Of a stretch of 32,000 nt of DNA, positions 1-11,587 are shown piece by piece. This DNA is from Pseudomonas aeruginosa. Lineage in GTDB: Bacteria > Pseudomonadota > Gammaproteobacteria > Pseudomonadales > Pseudomonadaceae. Below the pieces are notes generated by a model, which was not told the origin of the DNA, did no database searches, and was given only the letters and a program-made list of their open reading frames with translations. A program made the position numbers and the translations under genes. How positions within the stretch are numbered: position 1 is the first letter of the stretch; each line of letters begins with the position of its first letter. Location of the stretch: the NCBI RefSeq assembly GCF_001457615.1, contig NZ_LN831024.1:3360001-3392000 (forward strand), read 5' to 3'.

Positions 1-97
1 AGGCATACCGCCTCCTCTGATCTTCTGGGATCGCCACCTTACCAGTGGCATGGGTTTCCTGGCGAAACTGCAATCCGCGCTGACAAATTCGCCAGCT

Positions 98-331
98 TCA
101 GTCGCCGCTCAGGCGCTGCAGTTCGCGACGCACCATGGCCGCGTATTCCGGCGGACGCAGGAGGTAGAGCTGGCCCGCGACCCAGTCCAGCCAGCGGCCG
201 CCCTGTTCGGCGCGGGCGTCGAGCAGGCGCCGCGCCTCTTCCTCCGCCCGTTGCCGGTGCTGCCGATGGAATGCCTGGCGCTTCGACAGACCGGAGGCAT
301 CTCCGGTTCGATCGTCGGGAGTGTCGGTCAT
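98..331 (-). CDS. small hypothetical protein (~77 aa, from MTDTPDD)
   Basis: ORF 98..355 with a likely internal start; codon-like composition and charged helical protein. No family recognised. Confidence 0.5.
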   Translation of the reverse strand: MTDTPDDRTGDASGLSKRQAFHRQHRQRAEEEARRLLDARAEQGGRWLDWVAGQLYLLRPPEYAAMVRRELQRLSGD

Positions 332-515
332 GGCTCTCTTCGCAACCTGCTGCACAAGTCGGACATTCTAACCGCGGAACGCCGTTGCCGTTCGCGGCAA
401 GCGCTTGCCTCCGCCCCGCCCTGCGCCATGCGCCGAGCCCTCTGGCGCGGGGTTCGGCGACCTGGCACGGCCCTTGCGACGGAGCGGCGGTCATTCATTT
501 CCATGGAAGCAGGTC

Positions 516-1016
516 ATGAACAGCATAGGTCCCGCCAGCCTTTCCGGCTGGTCTGCGCGTTACCTGAACAACCAGCGGCAAGCCAACACCGAGATCGGCA
601 ACGGCGATCTGCTGAAACCGCGCCCCGCCCTTGGCACGCCATTGCGCAACGAGGCCGTCGATCCCGCCGCGGAGTCCGCCCGCCAGGCCATGGACGAGGG
701 TTTTGCGAAGCTGAACCTGACACTGAAGCAGAACCAGGCGAATGCCCCTGCCGGCGCCAGCGAAGGCAAGTCGGCCTATGACGAGTTCAAGGAGTACATG
801 CAGAAATCGCCTGCCGAGCGGATGCGCGAGCAGGTCCTGAAGAGCCTCGGCCTGACCGAGGAGGAACTGGACGCGATGCCGCCGGAGAAACGCGAACAGG
901 TGGAGAAAGGCATCGGCGAACGCATGCGCGAGATGATCGCCATGCAGAACGGCCAGGCGCCGGGACGGCAAGAGGACCCGACGCAGGCCCGCGCGACGCT
1001 GAACGCCTGGATCTGA
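516..1016 (+). CDS. conserved hypothetical protein (MNSIGPASLSGWSARYLNNQ...), 166 aa
   Basis: Open frame 405..1016. The internal ATG at 516 is a more plausible start; hydrophilic helical C-terminal half. Confidence 0.7.
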   Translation: MNSIGPASLSGWSARYLNNQRQANTEIGNGDLLKPRPALGTPLRNEAVDPAAESARQAMDEGFAKLNLTLKQNQANAPAGASEGKSAYDEFKEYMQKSPAERMREQVLKSLGLTEEELDAMPPEKREQVEKGIGERMREMIAMQNGQAPGRQEDPTQARATLNAWI

Positions 1017-1036
1017 GCCAGGCGCGCGCCAGTCTC

Positions 1037-1408
1037 TCAGCGCTGCCGGGCGACGACGCGCTTGGCGTAGCTGGCGCGCTCCATCTCGCGCACTTCGACG
1101 CTGACCTGCACGCCCTCCTCGCCGCCGCCCGCCACCGCTCCGGCGAGCACCTCGCAGAGCGACTCGCCCAGCGCCTGGCGGGTCGCCGCGTCGCGCCCGT
1201 CGAGGATCGACAGGCAGGCATGCAGGTAGGCGCGCTCGGCCGCCGCGGTTCCCTGCCGGTAGGCCTCCAGGGTGACGAAGCGCGACTTGATGTCCGCCTC
1301 GCCGAATTGCCCGGAAGCGAACAGCGCGGCATTGGCCTGCTCCAGCAGTTCGCCGGGGGACGTTTCGAGGCGGAGGTTGGCAGTGGCTTCGATGACGAGA
1401 TGCGGCAT
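1037..1408 (-). CDS. 5-carboxymethyl-2-hydroxymuconate delta-isomerase family protein (tautomerase-like)
   Basis: 123 aa protein MPHLVIEATANLRLE...FGEADIKSRFVTLEAYRQG; N-terminal Pro after Met and CHMI family pattern. Confidence 0.8.
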   Translation of the reverse strand: MPHLVIEATANLRLETSPGELLEQANAALFASGQFGEADIKSRFVTLEAYRQGTAAAERAYLHACLSILDGRDAATRQALGESLCEVLAGAVAGGGEEGVQVSVEVREMERASYAKRVVARQR

Positions 1409-1690
1409 GCTGGCGGGCCTTGCGGGGAATGGGGAGCGGGATTCTAGCGGCTCGACGAGCGATGCGACAGCCGGCCTGCGCCTGCGTGGCTCAGATCAAC
1501 CCGGCGGCCGCGAAAACCCGCGCGTAGATGGCGCGGATCAGCGGCTCCTTGCACCGGTTGTAGTCCGCCACCCGTTGCTCGCCGCGCTTGGCGGCTGGCC
1601 GTCGACCCAGGGATTTTCCAGCGGGTCGCTGTCGTGATGACGGACAATATCGGCGGCACCGGGCATGGGCATTCCCTCCGGCGGGATCGT

Positions 1691-2026
1691 TCAGCGCGTC
1701 TCGCAGGCCTGCCGCTGGCCTTTGGCCGGCGTGTACAGGTAGCCGGGCGTGTCGCCCGCCTGGCGGTACAGGACCGAACCGTCGCTATAGGAAATCGCGC
1801 TCAGCGCCTGGCCATCGGCGAGGCTGCGGACATCGCCGCCCAGCGACTGGACGCTGCTGCCGTCGGGCAGCTTTAGACTGGCGAAACCGTCGATCACCTC
1901 GAGTTTGCCGAAGTCTCCGCAGTGCAACGCCAGCGGCCCGGAAGCGGCCTTTCCGTCCGACGATGAATCCCCGCAACCGCCCAGCAGCGACAGAACCAAC
2001 AACGCGGGGAGAACAGCGGGCTTCAT
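1691..2026 (-). CDS. small putative lipoprotein
   Basis: 111 aa with signal peptide and lipobox (LSLLGGC); C-terminal ~80 aa small beta-type domain. Confidence 0.75.
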   Translation of the reverse strand: MKPAVLPALLVLSLLGGCGDSSSDGKAASGPLALHCGDFGKLEVIDGFASLKLPDGSSVQSLGGDVRSLADGQALSAISYSDGSVLYRQAGDTPGYLYTPAKGQRQACETR

Positions 2027-2329
2027 CGGGGAGTCCTTTGCGGATGAGCGGAAGACGGGACTCTACCACCTGCCGGGCAGCGGGAAAAACCGCTTCGGCG
2101 TACGCTGTCATGCAACGGCAGGCGCACCTGTGAGACAATTCGCCGAATGCCAGGCATCACACCCCGCCTTCATCGCGCTACAGCCACGTCATGACGCTGG
2201 CTGCGGCACTCCACGAATGCCCGCAGGATCGCCCCATGCTCCAGATGGAGCGCAGCGGAAAGCCGAGACCGGTAGCAGACCGGTATCGCCATGGTCCAGG
2301 CGTGCGTAAGTCCTCTATAGGTAAAGAAG

Positions 2330-3919
<1,590 letters not shown>

Positions 3920-3937
3920 GTCCCCGTCGCGCAACGC

Positions 3938-3965
3938 AAAAGCCCCGCATCCGCGGGGCTTTTTC
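3938..3965 (+). terminator. rho-independent terminator after the ABC-F gene
   Basis: AAAAGCCCCGCATCCGCGGGGCTTTTT stem-loop with T tract just downstream of the stop codon at 3919. Confidence 0.9.
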
Positions 3966-4004
3966 ATTCCGGCATGGACGCGCAGGGCCTATGGGGAGCG
4001 CGAC

Positions 4005-4271
4005 TCAGTCGACGTAGCCGGCCATCATCGCCGCGCGGGTCGCCAGGCGCTGGCCCTCGGCGATCTTCTCGCGCTGTTCGGCGGTCAGCTCGCGGGGCGG
4101 GTGGTCCTTGATGTAGGCAGCCACGTTCACCCCGATGTAGACGATCAGGGCGGCGGCGATCAGGACGTTCTTCGGATTGATGTCCGAGCGCCGCTTGCAG
4201 GCTTCGCAGATGCCGTTCTCGACGAGACGGGTCGCTCGGGCGCCGCAGTTGCGGCAGTAACACGCGCTCAC
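4005..4271 (-). CDS. small zinc-ribbon plus single-TM protein
   Basis: 88 aa; CRNCG...CEAC cysteine pairs followed by hydrophobic segment NVLIAAALIVYIGVNVAAYI. Confidence 0.75.
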   Translation of the reverse strand: MSACYCRNCGARATRLVENGICEACKRRSDINPKNVLIAAALIVYIGVNVAAYIKDHPPRELTAEQREKIAEGQRLATRAAMMAGYVD

Positions 4272-4338
4272 AGGCCGGTTCCTTGTGCTTGTAATTGTCC
4301 GGCCAATCTACACGCAGCGCGCCGCTGCGCACAACGCG

Positions 4339-4362
4339 AAAACCCCGCCGAAGCGGGGTTTT
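4339..4362 (-). terminator. terminator downstream of the azoreductase gene (symmetrical)
   Basis: AAAACCCCGCCGAAGCGGGGTTTT perfect stem-loop with A/T flanks. Confidence 0.85.
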
Positions 4363-4377
4363 CCGATGACGCGGGGA

Positions 4378-4986
4378 TCAGGCCGCGGCGAACTGCCCGG
4401 CGATCTGCCGGCGGGCGGCGGCGATGGCCTGGGCGCGGGGCTCCTCGCCATAGGCCAGGCCTTCGGCGCGAACCACTTCGATATCGGTGATGCCGAAGAA
4501 ACCCAGCACGGTGCGCAGGTAGCCTTCGTGGGCCGCGCCGGTCGGCTGGCCGGCATGCACGCCACCGGCGGTGGAGACGATCACCACTTTCTTGTCGCCG
4601 GCCAGGCCAACCGGGCCGTTCTCGGTGTAGCGGAAGGTCTTGCCGGCGACCGCGATGCGATCGATCCAGGCCTTGAGCTGGCTGGAGATGGTGAAGTTGT
4701 ACATCGGCGCGCCGATTACCACGACGTCGGCGGCGAGGAACTCTTCCAGCACTTCTTCACCCACCGCGACTTCATGCTTCAGCGCGGCATCGCGCAGCTC
4801 CGCCGGGGTGCTGCCGGCGGCCAGGGTCAGGGCGGAGAAATGCGCCACCGCGTCGGCGGCCAGGTCGCGGTAGGTGACGTCAAGCCCGTCTTCGTTCTGC
4901 CGCCAGGCCTGGACCAGCTCGGCGCTCAGTTGGCGGGAAGCGGAGGCGTCGCCGAGGATGCTGGAATCGATATGCAAAAGTTTCAT
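4378..4986 (-). CDS. azoR: FMN-dependent NADH-azoreductase
   Basis: 202 aa [25 protein letters not shown]...[19 protein letters not shown]; flavodoxin-like azoreductase motifs. Confidence 0.93.
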   Translation of the reverse strand: MKLLHIDSSILGDASASRQLSAELVQAWRQNEDGLDVTYRDLAADAVAHFSALTLAAGSTPAELRDAALKHEVAVGEEVLEEFLAADVVVIGAPMYNFTISSQLKAWIDRIAVAGKTFRYTENGPVGLAGDKKVVIVSTAGGVHAGQPTGAAHEGYLRTVLGFFGITDIEVVRAEGLAYGEEPRAQAIAAARRQIAGQFAAA

Positions 4987-5134
4987 GTCTCGCTCCTGAA
5001 AGTGGGGGATCGCAGTGTGGCGATCGAGTGGTTTGCATCCTACCGGCAAGGCCAATCGACGATTAGTCGGTAGAAACATGACTATTCGTCCCACACATAG
5101 GACAATCTGTTTTTCCCCCCAGCGGAGCGCCTGC

Positions 5135-6070
5135 ATGCCCCACGACCTCAACGACCTCTACTACTTCGCCAAGGTGGTGGAATGCGGCGGCTTCGCCGCG
5201 GCCGGACGCGAGACGGGGATTCCCAAGTCGCGCCTGTCGCGGCGCATCGCCGAGCTGGAGGAGCGCCTTCAGGTGCGCCTGCTGCACCGCACGACACGCA
5301 AGCTGGCGCTCACGGAGGTCGGCGAACGCTACCTGCAGCACTGCCGCAACCTGCTGCTGGAAGCGGAGATGGCCGAACAGGTGATCGCCGAGCTGAGCGT
5401 CGAGCCGCGTGGCCGGCTGCGCCTTTCCGCACCGGTGGCCATGGCTTCGAGCAACCTGGCCGACCTGTTGCCGCGGTTTCTCGAACGACACCCGCAGGTC
5501 CAGCTGGAAATCCTCCTGACCAACCGCCGGGTCGACCTGCTCAACGAGGGGGTGGACGTGGCACTGCGCGTGCGCGAACTCGGCGACGAGGACCCTGCGC
5601 TGGTCTGCCGGCGCCTGGCTCCGGCGACCACGCAGATCCTCGCCGCCCCGTCGCTGATCGCCGGGCGTCGCCTGGAACATCCGGAAGACCTCGAAGACCT
5701 GCCCTTCCTCGGCGCTATTCATAACGACCGCAAGGTCCACGCGACCCTGATCGGGCCGGATGGCAGCCGCTACCAGTTGGAACGCGAACCGCGCCTGGGC
5801 GTCGACGACTTCGTCCTGCGCAAGAAAGCCGCCGTGGCCGGCCTCGGCGTCACCCTGCTGCCCGAAGGCTACTGCGACAGGGAACTGGCCGATGGCAGCC
5901 TGGTGCGCATCCTGCCGCAGTGGACCTTGCCGAAAAGCACCATGCAGGCCGCCTACCTGCCGCGCAGCAGCCAGATTCCGGCGATCCGTGCTTTGATCGA
6001 CTTTCTCGTGGAAGCCCTGCAACGCCCCTCGGGCGAGACCGGCCCGGCCTACCGCCGCGCCCGCGAGTGA
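5135..6070 (+). CDS. LysR-family transcriptional regulator, divergent from the azoreductase
   Basis: [45 protein letters not shown] is a typical LysR wHTH, followed by a substrate-binding domain. Confidence 0.95.
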   Translation: MPHDLNDLYYFAKVVECGGFAAAGRETGIPKSRLSRRIAELEERLQVRLLHRTTRKLALTEVGERYLQHCRNLLLEAEMAEQVIAELSVEPRGRLRLSAPVAMASSNLADLLPRFLERHPQVQLEILLTNRRVDLLNEGVDVALRVRELGDEDPALVCRRLAPATTQILAAPSLIAGRRLEHPEDLEDLPFLGAIHNDRKVHATLIGPDGSRYQLEREPRLGVDDFVLRKKAAVAGLGVTLLPEGYCDRELADGSLVRILPQWTLPKSTMQAAYLPRSSQIPAIRALIDFLVEALQRPSGETGPAYRRARE

Positions 6071-6080
6071 GCCGCGCCGT

Positions 6081-6764
6081 TCAGCCGATCCGCTGCAACA
6101 GCGCGGCGGACAGGCGCCCGCCGAGCAGGCTGTCGAGCCAGAACAGCTGGTGCAGCAGGACGATGCCCCAGAACACCAGTTGGAACGAGAGCTTGCGGGT
6201 CTTGTGGCGGAATACCTGCTGCGCGACCAGCGCGCCAGGCCAGCCGCCGAGCAGCTCGAACAGGTGCAGGCGGACCTCCGGGGTACGCCAGTCGCCGCGT
6301 GCGGCGCTGCGCTTGTCCCGCCAGTAGAGGGCGAATGCGAGCAGGCTGGCCAGCGGATAGGCCAGCAGCGGCCAGAGGGCCTGTCCGTCCAGGTACATCC
6401 GCCAGGCGCCAGCGGCCGGCAGCACGCAGAGGATCAGCAGGACCAGCAGCTTCGCCAACGGGCGCTGCAACGCGCTCGGCGGAGTCGGCGCCGGCCGCGC
6501 CTGGGCCCGCGTCACCGGCGCCTGGGCGCCACGGCGGACAGTCGGCGGATCGATGGTCAGCGCGTCCAGCCGCGCCCTCTCGGCGCGCAGGCGGCCCTGG
6601 GCATCCTGGCTGGCGAGAAACCACACCTGGTCGCCCTGGCGGGGACGGCGGTCGCCGCGGAACGCGGAGATATGCAGGAAGACTTCTTCCCCGCCGGTCT
6701 TCGGCAGGATGAAGCCGAAGCCCTTGTCGTCATACCAGCGGCTGATCATGCCCGGCTTTTCCAT
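6081..6764 (-). CDS. cold-shock domain + DUF1294 membrane protein
   Basis: N-terminal GMISRWYDDKGFGFILPKTGGEEVFLHISAF (CSD RNP-like motifs); C-terminal hydrophobic DUF1294-like region WRDKRSAARGDWRTPEVRLHLFELLGGWPGA. Confidence 0.88.
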   Translation of the reverse strand: MEKPGMISRWYDDKGFGFILPKTGGEEVFLHISAFRGDRRPRQGDQVWFLASQDAQGRLRAERARLDALTIDPPTVRRGAQAPVTRAQARPAPTPPSALQRPLAKLLVLLILCVLPAAGAWRMYLDGQALWPLLAYPLASLLAFALYWRDKRSAARGDWRTPEVRLHLFELLGGWPGALVAQQVFRHKTRKLSFQLVFWGIVLLHQLFWLDSLLGGRLSAALLQRIG

Positions 6765-6873
6765 ATCCACATCCACTCGCTCGCTACCCGTTTCGCGCTG
6801 CATTCTAGCCACCCGCGGCGGCCAGACGAAAAAAGGCGCGGCTCGCGCCGCGCCTCTTGCCTGTTCCCGGGCC

Positions 6874-7707
6874 TCACACCTCGCCGGCGGTGCTCCAGTC
6901 GATCAGGTGGAATTGCCAGGTCGCCAGGATCAGCAGGCCGAAGGCGATCCGATACCAGGCGAAAGCCGCGTAGCTGTGGTTGCCGATGAACTTCAGCAAG
7001 GCACGCACCGCCAGCATGGCGAAGACGAACGAGGTGACGAAGCCGACGGCGAACACCGGCAGGTCCTCGGGGCGGAACAGGTCGCGGTACACGTATCCGG
7101 AATAGACCGCCGCGCCGACCATGGTCGGCATCGCCAGGAAGAACGAGAACTCGGTGGCCGCCTTGCGCGAAAGGCCGAACAGCAGGCCGCCGATGATGGT
7201 CGCGCCGGACCGCGAGGTGCCGGGGATCATCGCCAGGCACTGGGCACAGCCGATCTTCAGGGCGTCCTTCCAGGTCATGTCGTCGACGTGTTCGGCGCGG
7301 ATCACATGCTTCCGGCGCTCGGCCCAGAGCATGACCACCCCACCCACCACCAGCGCCAGGGCAACGGTGATCGGATTGAACAGCCACTCGTGGATCAGGT
7401 CGGCGAACAGGACGCCGAGGACTACCGCCGGGAAGAACGCGATCAGCAGGTTGGCGGTGAAACGCTGGGCCTGGCGCTGGCTCGGCAGGTCACGGACGAC
7501 TTGAAAGATCTTTCCCCGAAATTCCCAGACGACAGCGAGGATCGCCGCCAGCTGGATGATGATGTTGAACGCCTTGGCGCGTTCGCCGCCGAAGCCGATG
7601 AGGTCGGCGACGATGATCTGGTGCCCGGTGCTGGAAATCGGCAGGAACTCGGTCAGCCCCTCCACGACGCCCAGGATGAACGCCTGGAAAGCAGTCCACC
7701 ACTCCAT
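6874..7707 (-). CDS. uppP: undecaprenyl-diphosphatase (BacA/UppP)
   Basis: 277 aa [32 protein letters not shown]... and [16 protein letters not shown], diagnostic motifs. Confidence 0.97.
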   Translation of the reverse strand: MEWWTAFQAFILGVVEGLTEFLPISSTGHQIIVADLIGFGGERAKAFNIIIQLAAILAVVWEFRGKIFQVVRDLPSQRQAQRFTANLLIAFFPAVVLGVLFADLIHEWLFNPITVALALVVGGVVMLWAERRKHVIRAEHVDDMTWKDALKIGCAQCLAMIPGTSRSGATIIGGLLFGLSRKAATEFSFFLAMPTMVGAAVYSGYVYRDLFRPEDLPVFAVGFVTSFVFAMLAVRALLKFIGNHSYAAFAWYRIAFGLLILATWQFHLIDWSTAGEV

Positions 7708-7990
7708 GTTTCTCCCCCTTCTACTACTGTCCCGAACGAGCTTTCGTTGTTCTCGGCGATACACTCGCCGTCTTTTATGAAGGCCTTACGACTCCGAAGA
7801 ACCCGACCAGTTCCCCCACTGCCGAAGTCGAAACCGGCGGGCATGCTACCAGAGCGGCCGGCCAGGAATCTTGGAATTCTTGCCAGCCGGCGTCTGAACA
7901 AATCTGTCCGCGCCCGTCCCCTCCGCCCTGGTCTTCGCGAAGCGCCGGATACATTCGCTACAATGCGTCCTCGTCGCATGAGGGCCTTCC

Positions 7991-8566
7991 GTGTCACCCC
8001 TTGAACTCTTCGCCGCTTCGCTCGGCGCCATCGCCGTCTACCTGACCGTCCGCCAGAATCCCTGGTGCTGGCCTATCGGCCTGGTGATGGTGGCGCTCTA
8101 CGCCTGGATATTCTTCGAGGTGAAGCTTTATTCGGACATGCTCCTGCAAATGGTCTACGCGGCGCTACAGCTCTATGGCTGGTGGCAGTGGACCCGCGGC
8201 GGGCAGGACCACGACGGCCGCTCGGTGAGCCGCCTGAACGCCGCGCAGCGCCTCTACGGGCTCGGTGCGGGCCTGGTCGGCAGCGTCGCGCTCGGTTACC
8301 TGATGGCCAACCACACCGATGCCGCCAGTCCCTGGTGGGACGCCGGATTGACCGCCTTCAGCCTGGTGGCGCAATGCTGGATGGCGCAGAAGCGCCTGGA
8401 ATGCTGGGCCCTGTGGATCGCCGTAGACGTGCTGTTCGTGGCGCTCTTCGCCAGCAAGGCGCTGTACCTGACCGCCGCCCTCTACGCCCTCTTCACCCTG
8501 CTGGCGATCCACGGCTGGCGGACCTGGCGCCGCGACCCGGCATTGCGCGAGGGCGTCGCCGCATGA
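7991..8566 (+). CDS. pnuC: PnuC-family nicotinamide riboside transporter
   Basis: 191 aa, seven-TM-like; NPWCWPIGLV...WWQWTRGG PnuC motifs; GTG start. Confidence 0.88.
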   Translation: MSPLELFAASLGAIAVYLTVRQNPWCWPIGLVMVALYAWIFFEVKLYSDMLLQMVYAALQLYGWWQWTRGGQDHDGRSVSRLNAAQRLYGLGAGLVGSVALGYLMANHTDAASPWWDAGLTAFSLVAQCWMAQKRLECWALWIAVDVLFVALFASKALYLTAALYALFTLLAIHGWRTWRRDPALREGVAA

Positions 8567-9090
8567 AGGTGCTGGTACTCACCGGGCCCGAATCCAGCGG
8601 CAAGAGCTGGCTTGCGGAGCAGCTCCAGGCCCGCTTCGGCGGCCGGGTGGTCGGCGAGTACGTCCGCCACTTCATCGACGAACAGCGCCGCGACACCTGC
8701 TACGCCGACATCCCCGCCATCGCCCGCGGGCAACTGGCCTGGGAGGACGCCGCTCGCGCGGAACGGCCGGCGCTGCTGATCCTCGATACCCACCTGCTGA
8801 GCAACATCCTCTGGAGCCGGATTCTCTTCGGCGACTGTCCGGACTGGCTCGAACCCGCCCTGCTGCGGCGGCGCTACGACCTGCACCTGCTGCTCTCGCC
8901 GGAAGGCGTGGCCTGGAGCGCCGACGGCCAGCGCTGCCAGCCGGAACTGGCGCAGCGCCAGGCCTTCCACCGCGAATGCCAAGCCTGGCTGGAGCGGCAT
9001 CGGCAGCCCTACCGCGCCATCGCCGGCGACTGGGCCGAGCGCCGGCGCCAGGCTTTCGCCGCAGTGCAAGGACTGCTCCAGGACGGCTGA
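8563..9090 (+). CDS. NadR-like P-loop ATPase/kinase (nicotinamide riboside kinase-like)
   Basis: 175 aa MKVLVLTGPESSGKSWLAEQL...GEYVRHFIDE; ATGA overlap with the preceding pnuC stop. Confidence 0.85.
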   Translation: MKVLVLTGPESSGKSWLAEQLQARFGGRVVGEYVRHFIDEQRRDTCYADIPAIARGQLAWEDAARAERPALLILDTHLLSNILWSRILFGDCPDWLEPALLRRRYDLHLLLSPEGVAWSADGQRCQPELAQRQAFHRECQAWLERHRQPYRAIAGDWAERRRQAFAAVQGLLQDG

Positions 9091-9324
9091 AGGGCCGGCC
9101 CTGTCACGCCAGCGATACACCGCCAGCACAGTCCGGCCCTTGGCGCAGAGCGTTTCGCGACGGCGCCGCGGAAAGCTGTCTCGGCGCTGAAACAGCTCCG
9201 GGCGCGTCCCCGGCAGGCTTGACCCCATGGTCGGCGGGCCTGCTGTTGCACGGATGCAACACTGTCCGCCAGGTTCCCCCGGCGCTCACCTCCAAGCCCT
9301 TGATTGACAAGGAAAACGCAAAAC

Positions 9325-9340
9325 CGGCACGCCCCATGCT
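9325..9340 (+). promoter_or_regulatory. candidate sigma54 (-24/-12) promoter for the fap operon
   Basis: CGGCACGCCCCATGCT versus consensus TGGCACGNNNNTTGCW; GG at 9326-9327 and GC at 9338-9339, canonical spacing, ~50 bp upstream of fapA. Confidence 0.55.
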
Positions 9341-9392
9341 CGCTCCCTGCCAACGCTGATTAGGGCTCAGCGCCAACGAAGGAAGCGCCATC

Positions 9393-9881
9393 ATGTCGGG
9401 GAGTTCGCTACGCATCGTCGTTCCAGCGCTGCTGGTCATCGTCGGCTCCGTGCCGGTGAGCCTCCCCGCGCATGCGGCGGACGGTACGATCGTCGTCCAG
9501 CGCCAGGTCCAGCCACGGGTCGCCTACCGTCCGAGCATGGTGCCCGACCCACATCCCACCGTCGTCGACACCAACGTCTCCGCCGAGGTCAACGCCCTCG
9601 CCAACGGGGCGGCCAGCGGCAATACCGTGAGCCGCGAACTGGGCGATGCCGACTTCGCCATCGTGACCAGCGGTTCCGGGATTCGCAGCATGATTCTCAC
9701 CGGAAGCGCCCTGCCGGGTTTCGCCAGCCAGCCGGCGAACCCGGCGACGGTCCAGGCCGTCGGCAACCTCGGCACCACCCACGGCGCGGGAGGCGGCGCC
9801 GGCGCAGGCCTCGCCGGGCAGATCAACGGCAGCCTCAAGCAGGGCCTGGCACCGCTGCAGATGCTCGGGGGTGGTCAATGA
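9393..9881 (+). CDS. fapA: functional amyloid accessory protein FapA
   Basis: 162 aa, signal peptide, asparagine/glycine-rich; first gene of the six-gene fap operon. Confidence 0.92.
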
Positions 9882-10447
9882 AGCGCCTGTCCGCCCTCCT
9901 CCTCGCCTTCGCCTGTATCGCGTCGCTCCAGGCCGACCCGCTGGCCTCACGCAATCGCGCCAGCATCGATGACAGCGGCACCTACCGCGGCAACTTCGCC
10001 CTCAACCAGGCCGCCGGCGACGCCCAGCAACAGAGCAACGTTCGTGTCGTCGCGGTAGGCTCCGCGGCCCTCGTCGGCAGCGACCAGCGCCAGCATCTGC
10101 AACTCGACGCCAGCCAGCCGATCGCAGCCAGCGCCAGCATCTCGGGGGCGGCGCTGCGCGGCAGCGGCATCCTCGGCGTCAACCAGGGCGCCGGCCTCGG
10201 CAACCAACAGATCAACGCCTTCCGGCTGAGTCTCAGCAACGGCCCGGAAAGCCTGGATGACAGCGTTCTCGCGCAAAGCGTGGCGCTGACCAAAGTCTCC
10301 GGTTCGGCCACTCCGGTCCCGGGGGGACGCAGCGTCTCGACGGACGATCGCGCCTTCGCCGGGAGCAGCGGCGTGGTGCAGGTGAACCAGAGCGCTGGGG
10401 TGGGCAATCAGTCGATGAACACCCTCAGCGTCAGGGTCATGGAATGA
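9878..10447 (+). CDS. fapB: functional amyloid minor subunit FapB
   Basis: 189 aa secreted protein with three repeats containing N-Q-x-A-G-x-x-x-N/Q-Q; ATGA overlap with fapA. Confidence 0.93.
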
Positions 10448-10503
10448 CTCTGCCAAGCCAACACAAGCCCAACACTAAGCACAGAAATGCAAGGAGAAAC
10501 GCC

Positions 10504-11526
10504 ATGAAAGCGACTATGGTCCTGACCCCGCTGGCCCTGGCAATGGCTGCAGTGCTGTCGGTATCGGCCTACGCCGGAAACGAAGGTGGCTGGCACCCGC
10601 CGAAACCCAACCCGCAGTCGAACAACAAGGGCGGAGCCACGGCCCTGGTGGTGGATACGCAGCAGAACTACAACAACAAGGTCAGCAACTTCGGCACGCT
10701 GAACAATGCCTCGGTGAGCGGCTCGATCAAGGATGCCTCGGGCAACGTCGGGGTCAACGTCGCCGCCGGCGACAACAACCAGCAGGCCAACGCCGCCGCG
10801 CTGGCCAGCGCCGACGCCAGCTTCGTGTTCGGCACCGCGACCGCCAGCACCAGCGTGCTGCAGAGCGGCTACGGCAATACGCTGAACAACTACTCCAACC
10901 CCAACACCGCATCGCTGAGCAACTCGGCCAACAACGTCTCGGGCAACCTGGGCGTGAACGTCGCCGCCGGCAACTTCAACCAGCAGAAGAACGACCTGGC
11001 CGCCGCCGTCTCCAACGGCCAGTACAGCACTGCCGGTAGCGCCGCGTCGCAGACCTCCACCGGCAACACCACCGTCAACAGCGCCAACTACGCCTATGGC
11101 GGCACCTACGTGTCGCTGAAGCTGAACGCCGACGGCAGCTACAAGGGCACCTCCGACCAGATCGGCGACGTCTACCTCGACACCTGGGAAGGCCAGACCC
11201 ATCCGGGCGGCAGCAATACCGGCCACATCGACGTGGACAGCCAGGCCCAGGGCGCCAAGGACCTGAACCACGACGGCGGCGCGTTCGCCTTCAAGGAAAA
11301 GGGCGACGTCGACCTGAAAGGCACGGTGTCCGGCTTCATCCCGGCGATCGTCGGCTTCAAGACCCCGGTCACCAACAACGCCAGCCTGAGCAACTCGTTG
11401 CAGAACGTCTCGGGCAACGTCGGGGTGAACATCGCCGCCGGTGGCGGCAACCAGCAGAGCAACTCCCTGTCCATCGCCGCCGGTTGCAGCAGCTGCCCGG
11501 CCGGTGGCGAGAGCCTTGGCTTCTGA
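10504..11526 (+). CDS. fapC: functional amyloid major subunit FapC
   Basis: 340 aa from the internal ATG; signal peptide; repeats ASGNVGVNVAAGDNNQQ, VSGNLGVNVAAGNFNQQ, VSGNVGVNIAAGGGNQQ; C-terminal CSSC. Confidence 0.96.
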   Translation: MKATMVLTPLALAMAAVLSVSAYAGNEGGWHPPKPNPQSNNKGGATALVVDTQQNYNNKVSNFGTLNNASVSGSIKDASGNVGVNVAAGDNNQQANAAALASADASFVFGTATASTSVLQSGYGNTLNNYSNPNTASLSNSANNVSGNLGVNVAAGNFNQQKNDLAAAVSNGQYSTAGSAASQTSTGNTTVNSANYAYGGTYVSLKLNADGSYKGTSDQIGDVYLDTWEGQTHPGGSNTGHIDVDSQAQGAKDLNHDGGAFAFKEKGDVDLKGTVSGFIPAIVGFKTPVTNNASLSNSLQNVSGNVGVNIAAGGGNQQSNSLSIAAGCSSCPAGGESLGF

Positions 11527-11587
11527 TCCTGGCCCAGGGGTTCCGGCGCCAGCCGGAACCCTTTTCCATCCGACACAGGAACCGGCC

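Noticed and set aside
1444-1680. Possible short minus-strand gene or frameshifted remnant (frames reading ...DPLENPWVDGQPPS and ...RVADYNRCKEPLIRAIYARVFAAAGLI)
   Set aside because: Neither frame alone gives a convincing complete protein, and I cannot tell a frameshift from chance coding look-alike without homologues.
10640-11515. Direct repeats in fapC considered as a CRISPR or phase-variable tandem array
   Set aside because: They are in-frame protein-coding amyloid repeats with long, variable linkers; no short identical DNA repeats with spacers were seen.
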